Assembly (NCBI GenBank): GCA_040437565.1
Contig: JBDOQK010000021.1
Span: 248,001-312,000, forward strand
Direction of reading: 5' to 3'
Length of the DNA: 64,000 bases
Origin: Albugo candida
Lineage: Eukaryota
A program made the position numbers and the translations under genes. Each line of letters begins with the position of its first letter. Positions within the stretch are counted from its first letter, which is position 1. Positions 11,955-25,011 of the stretch are shown here, piece by piece. The notes under the pieces were generated by a model. The model did no database searches and was not told the DNA's origin. It worked only from the letters and a program-made list of their open reading frames with translations.

Positions 11955-14474
11955 CGGTGCATGACACTTAAAACCAGCAAACCCTGATTTTGAATGGCCA
12001 ATTTTTGGATCATTTAACCCTATAATGTTGTCACTGCTGATTGTCGCAAAGAAGATCATAAAGCGCGTTCCTGCTCTGACCTAGGCTCAGTCATCGCCAC
12101 TAACTACTTACCCGCTTGAAACCTCAACCATCTACCTGCATTCCGACAAATATCGTACAATTATGCATCACCTAACAAAGCTAAAAAGGCAGATGGGGCA
12201 AATGGAAGAGGTCAAGCGCAAGACAAGACCTGGATGTTTCGGAGGGTATCTGTTAAATCAAAAATTGGAAGAGCCTATCAAGCAGCTGTTATAGTTCTAC
12301 CGTTACCACGATTAAACCATAACAGGCCAATCCAATATACAGGTGGTGCACCTCTAACTCAAAGACGGGATAGAGCCGAACTAAAGAGGCTACTTCGCTC
12401 TTGCAGGACCAGGTTTGCAAGAAGCTGAGATTTCTTATGAGGGTGATGACGAGGGTGACAAAGAGCATGACGATGAGGATGGTGCAGTCTGGACCAGGGA
12501 GAGGCTGACAACCACCATTAACACACTTACCACGCAAGCAAAGACTGCCAAAGCCGAGCCAAACCGGCGGCTTGCAGCTCTTTCTTTTCTTCAGCTGGTA
12601 AAATCTGGATATGCGTGGATAGCAGCTAGGACACTGATAGCGGAAGGTGCTGGGAGGGGTGTGTATTTTGCGCGCTCTCTGCGTGCTTAGCCACACTCTG
12701 CTTAGAGGGCGAGAAGTTGCCTTTGTCGCAGACGGGAAAATACGCAAAACAACGAAGCTATCTGCAGGATGAGGACTGCATTCAACCGTTGCGAGAAAAT
12801 CATCGAGAGAACAAGTTTAAGGTGGAAGTATCATCTCTGATAGAACATATCAACAAGAAAATCCTTCCGCGACTTGGATACGCCCCATCTCCCACAGTCT
12901 CTGAAAAAAATGCGACACGCTGACCCCATTCACTCGACATCAATTATCGCAGTGTCTAAAGGAATACACACTGACGGCCATGAGCGGGAGGATGTCATTG
13001 CGTACCGGCAAGACCTCCTGAAAAGAATGACCGACCTTGAGGCGCGGATGCCGGCTGTTGCTGGGAAGGAGGAATTCGAGGATAGCAATGAATTTACTCC
13101 AATCACCTGGACCCCTAATGGCATTCGACCACTCATCTTGGTAACTCATGATGAGAGTAATTTGCCGCTCGTGATGGACTAAAGCGTCTTTGGTTGACAG
13201 ACGGTGAACAACCGTTGCGAAAAAAGGGGCAGGGAAGGTTCATTCACGTCAGCGACTTCCTGTGTAAAATCATCGGCCGGTTCGCGCTTGATAGAGAATG
13301 AAGAAAGGCTGCTCAGCATCCTGACCTACAAGGAGCGGCCTGCATCATCATGCAACCGGACAGGCAGCACGACGGATGGTGGATACCGCAGAAACTGTGC
13401 AAACAAGTCTGTGACTTGGCTATCCTGATTTTCGAAGCTCAATTTCTCGGCTTTCAAGCTCTTCTTGCCTTCGACAATGCAACTGGACACAGTGCATTCG
13501 CCCCCGATGCCCTTCGCGCCAGCGCAATGAACCTTTCAAGTGTAGGCAAGCAGCCAAAGACGCGTGCAAAAACGTGGGGGAAACGGATTTGATTTTTGCT
13601 TATGAAAATCCTGATGAAACGCTCTGTGGTCAGGTAAAGGGACTGAAAGTTGTGCTTGCGGAACGTGCGCTGAAGGAAGCTGGCCTGAAGGCGTGATGCA
13701 AAATATGTCCTGTGAATGGCGCAACCTGTTGCGCCAGAAGAATTATGGCCAATCAATCAGACTTTTTTTATTCATAGCAAAAGTAGGAATGATACAGGAG
13801 CGAATTGTTGCCGCTGGTCATCAAGTGCTCTTTTACCCAAAAATTCACTGCGAGTTCTCCTTCATCGGAAACTTTTGGGGAGCCGCCAAGCGATACGGCA
13901 GAAAATACTGCAATTACACTTGGAAAAACTTACTGGTCACAGTTCCAGATGCCTTGGCATCTATTCCACTGGACGAGATACGTCGACACTTACGAAAAGC
14001 TTTGCGATACATGGACGTTTACCGAAAAGGTCTGACCGGAAAAGCAGCAGATTATTCGGTGAAAAAGTACAAATCCCACCGACATGTACCCAATTCTGTT
14101 TTGATGGATGTGGCTGTTATGACAAGATAAGTAGTGAGTGTCAACCTGCGGCTTTTCTGAGCACCTTTTATTGACAGTTTCCTGCTAAAATTATGTTATC
14201 CTGCGAAAGTAATATTAGCCTGCGGAAAATAATATTTGATATAACAAGGCAGGCGGCCAAATTCTCTTCAACCCTAGCAAAATGCCAAAATTCAGACGAC
14301 TTTGCAACGCTACTGCTCCATGAAAAGTTGGGATAATAAAAATCCGAGACTTGTGAAGGGAAGCTTGGAGCATGCTCTTTGTTGCCAAAGTTTTCTGTGT
14401 AATTTGTATTTGGGCCAAGCCTTAGCGATTCTTTTAGGGCCACTAAAGTTGCTGGTTTTAAGTGACATGCACTA
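11955..14474 (+). mobile_element. Tc1/mariner-IS630 superfamily DNA transposon with decayed DDE transposase
   Basis: 26-bp TIRs (CGGTGCATGACACTTAAAACCAGCAA at 11955-11980; reverse complement at 14449-14474) with TA on both sides. Transposase motifs DGHEREDV, LVTHDES, FDNATGH, FYPKIHCEFSFIGNFWG, KKYKSHR in broken frames. Confidence 0.92.
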
Positions 14475-16038
14475 TACTGTATCTAAACATACTTGGCTTC
14501 TCGAGTATCTTCGCAAACTGCGCACTTAATATGATCGCAAAGACTATTTCCTGATTGCGGTAGCCGCGCGCATCTCACTTAAAAATTGTGCAAATGAACA
14601 TGTACTCAGCTTCAACATCAAATGCATTCACTGTTTTGTCACATTGTTGTCGCCTTTTTCTTCATGGTGGGCTTTCACTTTCTAATTTCGGTCTTCTAAC
14701 CGACATATAGTTGACATCAGCAAGGCTCCAGAATGATGTACCCTTGTGATTGCACGTCTAAATGTGATATTATGCAGAGATAAGAGCATTATGTCTGCAA
14801 TCAGACTTGTACCAGTTCTTGCAAGAACAGCCTAGATGGCACACAACGGCAAGATATGATACCGTATACCTCAATTTCCTGTTGGTCTTCGAGTGCAATA
14901 TCGCGATCCTGGTTCAAACAAAAGAGTACCTGAAAAGTAGTGGAAGAAGCTGCTATACCTTGTATAAATCGAATACATAAGCTCGTAATGGTGAATGTAT
15001 ATTAAAGTCTGACAGCGCCTCAAATCATCCAACTGTTTTGATCGATTTGCAAATCGATGTTAATGTCGCGTGCTACTTTCATCAATCGTGCCAACAATGA
15101 TAGGTTGAGAGGTCGAGCCCCGCACGTGGCGACATTCATGCTAGGGTTTTAGGACGACTTCAATACTGAGGGATGGGTTTGGTACCGGTTACGTATCTTG
15201 TTAGAAACGAGTCACGTCTCTAACGTATCAGGACAGTATTTTGAGCCGATGTTTCGAGATATCGGATCAACGTCTTTTTTCTAGATATTCGGAGTGGGAA
15301 GTTATTGATAAGATAATGTACGTACCTTTTATCAAGAAAACAAAGTCAACCAAGCCATCGACGAAGTTGTCGTCTGGATTGCTTGACGGAGGATTTGTGC
15401 GAGACAAATCACGATGAAGAAACAACAAAATTAATTTTAGCCAAGTAATAGTCCTTGGCAAGGTCTGGCGAAGAAGGACACTCAAGAGTTGAAGACATGA
15501 GTGCCAGCCAGGAGATGTATGAGAAGTTGGAGAGAATAGCGTCTGACTCTGAGGGCCCAAGAAATCCGAGCGTTCCGGCGATTAGATCCAGTGGGACCAT
15601 TTAATGGGGTACTCACGGATGAGATATTGCGGAGGATGACAGAGAATTACGAGATGACGGACGTCTTGGAGATACTAGGGTATCGAATGCACCCCAGCTT
15701 CCAAAGCACCCTATATGTAGAGGAGAGACAGCAAAGGACAAAAGCGATTTCGTGAAGCGATATCAAGATTACTGCAACACGCTGCTGACGTTCGAAACAT
15801 GTGTGAACNNNNNNNNNNNNNNNNNNNNNNNNNNNNNNNNNNNNNNNNNNNNNNNNNNNNNNNNNNNNNNNNNNNNNNNNNNNNNNNNNNNNNNNNNNNN
15901 NNNNNNNNATCGATTTGCAAATCGATGTTAATGTCGCGTGCTACTTTCATCAATCGTGCCAACAATGATAGGTTGAGAGGTCGAGCCCCGCACGTGGCGA
16001 CATTCATGCTAGGGTTTTAGGACGACTTCAATACTGAG

Positions 16039-16295
16039 GGATGGGTTTGGTACCGGTTACGTATCTTGTTAGAAACGAGTCACGTCTCTAACGTATCAGG
16101 ACAGTATTTTGAGCCGATGTTTCGAGATATCGGATCAACGTCTTTTTTCTAGATATTCGGAGTGGGAAGTTATTGATAAGATAATGTACGTACCTTTTAT
16201 CAAGAAAACAAAGTCAACCAAGCCATCGACGAAGTTGTCGTCTGGATTGCTTGACGGAGGATTTGTGCGAGACAAATCACGATGAAGAAACAACA
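16039..16295 (+). repeat. 5' LTR (an artefactual second copy lies at 15171-15427)
   Basis: Aligns with 20296-20549; preceded by TSD CTGAG. Confidence 0.9.
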
Positions 16296-19200
16296 AAATT
16301 AATTTTAGCCAAGTAATAGTCCTTGGCAAGGTCTGGCGAAGAAGGACACTCAAGAGTTGAAGACATGAGTGCCAGCCAGGAGATGTATGAGAAGTTGGAG
16401 AGAATAGCGTCTGACTCTGAGGGCCCAAGAAATCCGAGCGTTCCGGCGATTAGATCCAGTGGGACCATTTAATGGGGTACTCACGGATGAGATATTGCGG
16501 AGGATGACAGAGAATTACGAGATGACGGACGTCTTGGAGATACTAGGGTATCGAATGCACCCCAGCTTCCAAAGCACCCTATATGTAGAGGAGAGACAGC
16601 AAAGGACAAAAGCGATTTCGTGAAGCGATATCAAGATTACTGCAACACGCTGCTGACGTTCGAAACATGTGTGAACAAGCCGTTCGTGATGCCAGTATCA
16701 GCTTGCGTGGATGTATGGATGAGAGAGAAAATGTTGAAGTTTAGAATGGAAAAAGAACCGACGGAGGTTACCGAACAAGAGTAGATAAACTATTTTCGGG
16801 AAGCGGGAGAGCCGAATAAACGGGATTTGTCAAAGAGCGATAAAGAAATGCGTAAAGTAAGGATGCATACCACTCTAAAGGATGCAGGATCAAGAATATC
16901 GCGGTTGAGAAACCAAATCTACAGAATCTTGGATCAACACGGATTGCAAGAATACGTGGAACATGTGGATCCAATACGCATTGCCAGCGTATTGTCGATG
17001 CTTTAGAGCCTCAAACATTCAGAAGAAAATTGTGGAAAAACTCGAAATGAACATCCACAAACAAAGAAGAATAACGTTGTGATCTACTGGAAGTGGTGTC
17101 AGGAGCTTTTGAAAAGTTTCATGGAGTGGGAGCCAGATTTAATGAAGGATAACACGCTACGAAGATGCGAATATAAGGACACGAAGTCAAATAAGGGAGA
17201 AAGACGCAAGAACTTCCGCGAAAGAATGCTGGATAATGATTCGGGCAGTTGTCGACAGATACGAGCTGAAATAGCTACAGATACTAGCTCAAGCGTATGA
17301 TCACGTTTCAGATGTTTGAAGTGTGAAAGTGCGGATCATTCCTTGAGGAGTTGTCCTAAGTGTGATTTTGAAGAAGTGGAAAGACTACTGAAACAAAGCA
17401 AAACCCAGAACGAGAAAAGGATAGATGTCGTTACAAAAGTACGAAAATCAGTTAGAGACTACAGCGGAGAGGTACAGACCACAGTGGATGGTATTGATAA
17501 CGTAAACACGTTATTGGATTCTGGATCGAATTGTCGCATGGCATCAGTGGGTCTTGTAAAAGCGCTTTCCAGAGAAAAATTCTAGCGACAAAGTAAATGA
17601 AAAACCGATCGAAGATCGAAACTGTGGTGAAGACACCGGTGTGGTTAAAACGGAGATTTTTACTCCAGGGTGTGGAATTTAGCACAAGTGGAGGACGCTG
17701 TTGTGGAGAAACCTGGAAATGCTCGTAAAGGAGGAATACGAGTCGATTTCACTTATAATGGATAGACATTTAATGGAGAAGATGGGCATTCAGTTATGGC
17801 GATTCTGGAAAGAGCCAGAAAAAAAAGAGCAGATGGGATGTGATGAACAAAGAAAGTCCAAATACTCCTGGGTGCAATTCGCTTCAAGTATGTGAAGATA
17901 TACTCTTCGACGATGAAGTGGACTTCAGCGATGACAAGGAAGAATATGTACTTACACCAGAAGTGAGGCCAATGGATACACAGAAGGATCGTATTCGCAG
18001 CATTTTGGAGAAGAAAATAGAAAAAGCGAAGATCGCAGGTGCCAAAACTGAATCGGTAGATCGTTTGAGGGGCTTATTGTTCAAGTATGATGATGTGTTT
18101 CGTGTGGAGTTTGCCGCGGATCCTCCGGTCAAGGTTGAACCTCTCAAGGTCAGATTAAAGGATGGTTCAAGCCCTATTATGGTAAAATCCTGGCGGTATC
18201 CACCTCTCCATAGGGAATATATGGATACACATTTATCGGAATTAATGGAACACGATCTGATGTATCCTAACCCATATGCGCAATGGAGGTGTGCTCCTTG
18301 TATTGTGGGGCAGAAACAAGTCGGAGAATATCGAGGAACCATGGATTTTGAGTGCAATCAATGCAATAACAGTGCCAATGACGTGGCCAATGCCACATCT
18401 TGAGGTTGTCATGGCAAATTTGGAGGGATCAGCTTTTCATTTCTCGCTGGATTGTTTCCGTTTTTTTTGGCAGTTACTCTTGATGAAGGCAGCAGAGAGT
18501 ATCTTAGTGTGGTTACACCAAGTGGATTTTTACGGTGAAGCGGATCATAATGGGATCGACGGATGCATTTCCTTATGCGCGACAGGTGGCTGGAGAAGTT
18601 ATGAAGCCAGTGCTCGGGAAAAGGGTACATGTATGGCTGGATGATGTTCTCGGATATGCAAGTTCAGATGCACAAGTGCTGGATATATTCGACGTGGTTT
18701 TACAGAGATGCACTACATATGGGGTGAAACTAAGCCCGGAAAAGTGTACATTCATCGCATATTCCACAATATGGTGTGGGAAGAAATTCTAAGTAAAGGG
18801 ATTAGTCACTTTGAAAGTCGCGTAAAAGTTCTTTGTGAGATGGAAACTCCGAAGACGCCGGCGGAGCTGCAGCAATTTTTGTGCCCAGTAAGTTGGATGC
18901 GGAACACTATTCCGAATTATACAACATTGCTGAATGATCTCCATGAAGTTCCTCAAGAGCCGCGAAGGCGGCAGGCGGTCGTAAGAAGCGGAATCTGATT
19001 CATGTATTTTTGAAAGACCATGGATAGACATCTAAGAAGGATGAATGTCTCAAAAATGTGAAGAACGCATGTACGCAATTCTACCTATGGCACATCCTAA
19101 AGAAATTTGGGATGTATGTGCCTGTACGGATGCATAAAAAAATCACTGGGGAGCGATAATTACGCAGTTAGCTCCAGAAGAGCTATCCAAGCCAAGAGAT

Positions 19201-20295
19201 GAGTAGAACCATTTCCCTTTGGCGTGCATTAGTGAATCATTTCGAGGATCGATACTGAGGTGGGCAATTATTGAGAAAGAAGCCTATGCAATAGTGGAAA
19301 CGTGTAAAAGATTGGAATATCTATTGCTGAGAGCAAAAACGTTTTTACATCTTCACGGACCACAGAAACTTACAGTTCGTCTTCTACCCAGGGAGTATTG
19401 ACAATACTATCGCTCGACATAGAGCTGACAAGCTACGGTGTTGGGCCATGGCGCTACAGATGTTTAGATACATCGTTGAGCGTGTGGCCGGTACAGAGAA
19501 CGTCTGGGGTGACCTGCTTTCAAGACGGGGATGCGGAGATAATGAAGGTTTGAAAAAGGAGAAAACGAAATGTTATGCGGTTGCAGTGGCAGTGGTCGAA
19601 AACCGTTTCACCGCTACAATGTAATGAGTTCAAGTGGCCAGCACTGGATGAGACCAGCAAGGGGTAGCCGCGTATACAGAACATGAAATTAGGAAAATGC
19701 AGCGCCAGAACATGTAGGAATTGCAGTGTACACTGGATGGCATGCACAAAAAAAGTCCGAAGCTTCCAGCAAAAAGAATGAAGCTGCCCGGCACCGACAA
19801 GCAACAGAAACATGCCGTCTCTCTCGTGAACTTCGAAATTGGCGATTTCGTGCTGCAGGAGGTGTTACAAGGCGTACTAACAAATTGATGCTTCAGTGGA
19901 AAGGTCCTTGCAGAGGGGTGGCGATGTTGAACGGCTCGAATTACGACGTCCAGGAATTGGTGGCACCATTCAGTATCATCACAAGGCATGTCAGCAGGTT
20001 GAGGTTTTTTCGAGAAAATGATTTGGGCGTCTCACAAGATTTAACGGACTACGTCGCGTACGCAAACGGAGGACATTTAGTGAGCCGTTTCTTGGACTGC
20101 CGTATCAATCCTGACAATCACCAGTTGGAGGTACTCGTGCAATGGATTGGATTGGACGACACGGAGAATAGCTGGGAGCCAGCCAGTGTCCTGATGGAAG
20201 ATTTACCTACCTTATTGAGGAAGTAGGTAACAGTCGAACCCAAAGCGACCGAAAGCCGAAGTTTTATCGGCATTGAAACTTCAAGGAGAGGGAAA

Positions 20296-20549
20296 TGATG
20301 AGTTTGGTATCGGTTACGTATCTTGTTAGAAACCGGTCACGTCTCTAACGTATCAGGATACTATTTTGGGCCGTTTTTTTAGATATCGTATCAACGCCTT
20401 TTTTTAGATATTCGAGGGGCAAGTTTCTAATAAGATAATATACGTATTTTTATCAAGAAAACGAGAGTCGACCAAGCTATCGACGAAGTTGTCGTCTGGA
20501 TTGCTTGGTGGAGGATTTGTGCAAGACAAATCACGACAAAGACACAACA
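20296..20549 (+). repeat. 3' LTR (TG...CA)
   Basis: Follows the polypurine tract; ends ...ACAACA then TSD CTGAG. Confidence 0.9.
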
Positions 20550-23169
20550 CTGAGTGAGGTTCGCATATTACGCAAACCAGCTTCACTTTGGCTGGATACA
20601 GGTCAAATCTGCCAATGATAATGGATGAATATCTCCATTCGAATAAATTCACGTAAACGTCGTAGTTATCACCGGGATAGGGATCCAGATTGCTCATTGC
20701 AGAGCACAGAATGCGTCACACCTCTATGGCTAGCGTTCCGAAAAGGCAATCCATCGGAATGCCTGTATTTGCGTGGGTGGAGTGTATGCTTGATTTCCAA
20801 CTATTCACTTCACATCTATCGATGCAAATGGAATGAGACCTCCGGCAAAACTCTCTTTCAGACAACTTCGGGTCTTGTTATTGAATGGACTAAAGCTCTT
20901 GTACGTGTTTCACGACCATAATTGCACAATCAAACGTTCCTTTTCTACAATCAAAGCGTTTTACTTCGGTGCTTTGTTGGAATGCATCAACTGATGACTG
21001 AGTCTGATGTAAGGGTATAAACACCAGAATAGGTCACACTTGGTTACATTAGGCTGGAAATAGGCGGCTGATGCGTTAGGTTCTTATGTACGTAACCTTG
21101 CTCCACCCCTGTATTACTTCTCACCGTGCAGTAATAATAGAGCAAGGACCATGCTCGAAGTACGGTGAGCTATATTCGACCTGTATTTGTTCCCATGTTT
21201 TTACACTGCTACATATCAGCCAGGTTGGTAGGAAGAGTATTCTTTCAAGTCGGTATATGATTCAAATATTGCTGCGAAAGAGAATAACATATGCATCGCA
21301 TTGCACGCGATAGTAGGAAGCATTCATACAAAAGAGATTGAATACTGCGCAGCGCTATACAGACGAAATAGGAAAGTAATGGCTGTCTTTAGATAAGGGA
21401 AAAGTAGCTGGGGTAGTATAGGCTGTGCAGCTCTACCTAGTTTGATCCACAGCTCAATTTCCCCCAGTTGCCAACAACCTGACCCATGGTCTCTCTTGAT
21501 TTTGTAGATGCCGTGCTCAGTCTTCTCACTATTTTATATGCAGACCTTTCAGCAGGATACCACCACGTTCAGAACACTCTTAACAAAGTCAGCCGTCCAG
21601 CTAGATGGTCGGCTACTTTTAGAGAATATAAGTAGCCACTAATTGTGTTGACGTCATGAGCATTGCTAATGGCACTTCGGGAGGCGCAACACTCTATAAA
21701 AATCCATACATTGTGTGTACCCCGGAATAATGGCTGCCATTGAACCAGTGAAGCCACTTGATGGTGGGATGACCATGTGATTATGTATCTACTGGGATGT
21801 GCATATTGCGCAAAGATGAGATACAAAGTGTCGTATGAAAAGTCTACATAAGACTACTGTTCTTGACTCGATGTATATGATATGTTCCTAAGTGACTTGT
21901 GACACGAAGGTACGAATCACAAGATCAAAATTCCGGATCTGATCCTCCCAAAAATCATCTTTTGGCTGTTTAGGAAGCTCCATATCAACCGACCCGATGT
22001 ACTGTCGATGAAGTATCAACTACTTGCATTGTCACTGAGAAATTGCAATGTTCCAAGGATATCACCTGAAAAGACAGCGGGAAGACCAAGTCGGTTCCGA
22101 TGAATATGAAAATAGTAAGTGGAGGAAAATTACACCACGATCGCTCTTTCATTGCACAACACAGCTCATTGATGAGATCAACGAAGGTGATAAGTTCCAC
22201 ACGAACGAGTACTCTCATCTTATCATAAGGTAAGCTATATATTTGGGGATTTTAGATACTCTCAACAAGGTATGGGAAGCTCTGCCCACATGGAATCAAG
22301 ACTGTCTTCGTCATGCTTGCTTTCCCACATTCTACCCGACAGCAGCCTGATGTGTTACGCCAACATTACATATTCTCGCCTTAAGACATGATAGCAACGC
22401 GTGCTTGTATTCCCAAGATATGAAATAGCTTTCCCGTTTGAATCAAAAAGCAAGGTTTGTGTCATTCCATGCTGCATGATCGTGAACGGGAAAATTCTAT
22501 CAGTCAGTGAGCATTGTATGTTTTCTGGAAAGATAGCTGGATGTACTATCGATTTGTATAAATCAACATTCTACTTAGGATCGGTATTTCTAGTGTTGTT
22601 AGACTTGCATTGATTGCTGATAGAAGTATGCAGAGTTAACGAGAGATCCAACAATCTTTAGAGTACCTCCAATCATCTCCAAATGTCTGAATTCTTTTGC
22701 TTCCCTCAAACTCAAGACACAGAATACATCTGGAAACGCCTACCTTCTAGCACACTCTGGAGCGTTTCCCCTCTTTATATTTCCGACATTGATCAGCATG
22801 CTGTAGCCACGGCAGCTCTTTCGTAATGGTATGCTCTCCACAAGGCGTCACTAAAAGCTGGCAGACGGACTTACATTATGAAGTACTTGTATTTGGACTA
22901 AGGAGAAGAATGAGACTACCCCAAAAAGGTCCACCAAACGATCCAAAAGGCCTAAAGCTTTGGGTAGTTTTGATCGCGAAGACAGCAGATGGATGTGAGT
23001 ACGAGTAGGATGATATGAATTACATCACACGGAACATTAAGCTCTAAAACTCATTCGGTATACTGCTGCTCCAACCCCTGTGATCTGCAGCTACATTAAA
23101 CCTTGTATCACATATAATATATCTAGCATGGGGTCTAAGTCGTCCAGCATTTCAACAAATTCTGCAAAG

Positions 23170-23560
23170 TTATCATTTGGCAATAGAAGTGGAGAAGGTA
23201 CAGCTCGCAGATGCTGTTGCAAGCATGTTTTACGGCTATCCCATAGATGTCAAAAAGAACGAGAAAGAAGCGTATTTTGATCCAGTGCAAGTGCACACAC
23301 ATACCTCGACAATTTTGTCACTCTAGCCAAGTACGATTGCGTAATCCCAATTTCCCAAATCAGAGGCTCTGTTTGTAAATTTGAAGAAGTTCTCTGACAG
23401 TGACAATCTCTGCTCGTTAGGATTTCTGCATCAACAGATTTCATTACTCTCAATAGAATTGTCGTCAACTTACATGACCAAGCTACCTCGCCAGTCCTAT
23501 TGAAAGAACTCCCACAAAGTGCAGCAGACCATTGTAGGAGTTCGGTGCTTTATTGACTCG
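23170..23560 (+). pseudogene. Fragment of the secreted-protein family (long variant)
   Basis: AIEVEKVQLADAVASMFYGYP...YLDNFVTL matches the 3870 and 6995 copies; flank 23600-23920 resembles 7880-8080. Confidence 0.55.
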
Positions 23561-24157
23561 AGTCTTGAGCGATTGAGTATTAACAATAAACGAACTTGTA
23601 ACAGTCTGTCAGGCCATACTTATAATACCATTCCGGATTCATAAACCGCGACATCAAATGCTATCATACAGTAATGTGTACCAACGAAACTCATAAAGTG
23701 CCGTCATTAGCTCACATTTTTTGCTAAAAGACGAGACCGTGTCGCATGTAAAGTGCAGCGCGTTGTGACTTGAGCAATGAATGCCCAGTACACATACATC
23801 AACAAAGACACTGTCACAGGCATAGTACCGTACCCCGCGAAAGATGGAGGAATACAATTCAAAGACACTTGCTGTGGCTCCAGCGGTAAGTAACTTTGCG
23901 ATACATCATGTGGTAGAGGGGTTCACTGAGGTCAGGGAGTATCTTAGGGTAAGCACTCTTTCGATCACCTTCAGACTACTACTTACCCCTAAACAAGCGT
24001 AATCAGAGTAAAATCCTTGCCAACATGTAGTAATAACCATGACACGTGGATCAAAAGGATGTGTACGTCTACACCCTACATCAAAGTAATTTGGCTGCAT
24101 CACTTTGATTCACAACTCGACTTGCCTTCGACTTCCCAGCAGCCAACAACTTTACAT

Positions 24158-24688
24158 ATAGTCTCATTTTCCCACTTTATCCAACACACATTTTGTCATT
24201 TCTTTTGCAGCAAAGCGAATGAAGTCTCTCTTAATGCCAAAATTAACAAATGCCCCCTTGGTCTAGCACCCTATTTCTTTGACAAGGGATGTGATTCCAG
24301 CAAAGCTCTCACTACTCAATGTGAATCTGATTTCAAAGCGACCAATAAGGACTTTATTTCGATGTTATTCAGCGTCAGCACTGACTCCCCGATTGACCCC
24401 TTGCTGCCAGAGATGCAACCAAGAGCGATAGCTGACGAAGTCGGAGCATTTTTCAATGGGGACCACTATCAGAGCTCTGACAAAGACATGAAAACGTTTC
24501 TCCAAAACGCGCACAAGGCGATAATTAATGATTTGAAAACGAATCAGCCGCTGTGGGTAGATTATAAGGTTCTCTCCGACCCAAGTTTCCAAGCCGAATT
24601 TATCACTCGATTTGTACTGGCAGGGTTTTCACATTGCGACGCAGAGTGGAAAAAGGAGTCAAAGAAGAAGTTGCGATTTCTTATGTGA
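24158..24688 (+). pseudogene. Secreted-protein family member, open frame but ATA at the expected start codon
   Basis: Family 5' UTR (GATTCACAACTCGACTTGCCTTCGACTTCCCAGCAGCCAAC) followed by CAT-ATA-GTC-TCA where paralogs have ATG-GTC-TCT. C-x12-C-x9-C, AIADEVGAFF, ITRFVLAGFSHC. Confidence 0.7.
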
Positions 24689-25011
24689 TGGGGTGTGATA
24701 TAAATACATTTCATTTCTGTGCGCAAATGTGGTATCTGCCATTGTTCTGACTGGCCAACTTTTTCGTCATGCCTTACGTTCTCAGCAAGATTTGCGTAAT
24801 GATGTACGTCTATCAGCGCGCGATAAGCTTCGAGGTTACTTCGGCGAGTTGTTGTGCAATGATGGGATTACTCTCAAATGAGTGGGGGTTGCTGCCATTG
24901 CTGAAGGACTAGTATTGGGTGTAGAGTACATCATGTACTGGTCGGAGATGTCTGTCTTCGTTAGCCTTCGTGGTGGGACCAAGTGAAATGATCGCCTTTG
25001 ACAGATTCCTT

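Larger units (their letters stand above)
16039..20549 (+). mobile_element. Ty3/Gypsy LTR retrotransposon, degenerate, integrase core apparently deleted
   Basis: LTRs 16039-16295 and 20296-20549; TSD CTGAG (16034-16038 and 20550-20554); PPT AAGGAGAGGGAAA. Zinc knuckle CLKCESADHSLRSC, protease LLDSGS, RT WLDDVLGY, RNase H (WAIIEKEAYAIV), WKGP, chromodomain (VQWIGLDDTENSWEP). Confidence 0.95.

Noticed and set aside
15041-16676. Apparent tandem duplication giving two 5' LTRs (15041-15808 equals 15909-16676)
   Set aside because: Exact copy flanking a 100-N gap; overlapping contig ends, an assembly artefact.
24700-25011. Fanzor C-terminus or omegaRNA
   Set aside because: No zinc finger, RuvC-III motif or definable element end is visible; similarity stops at about 25012.
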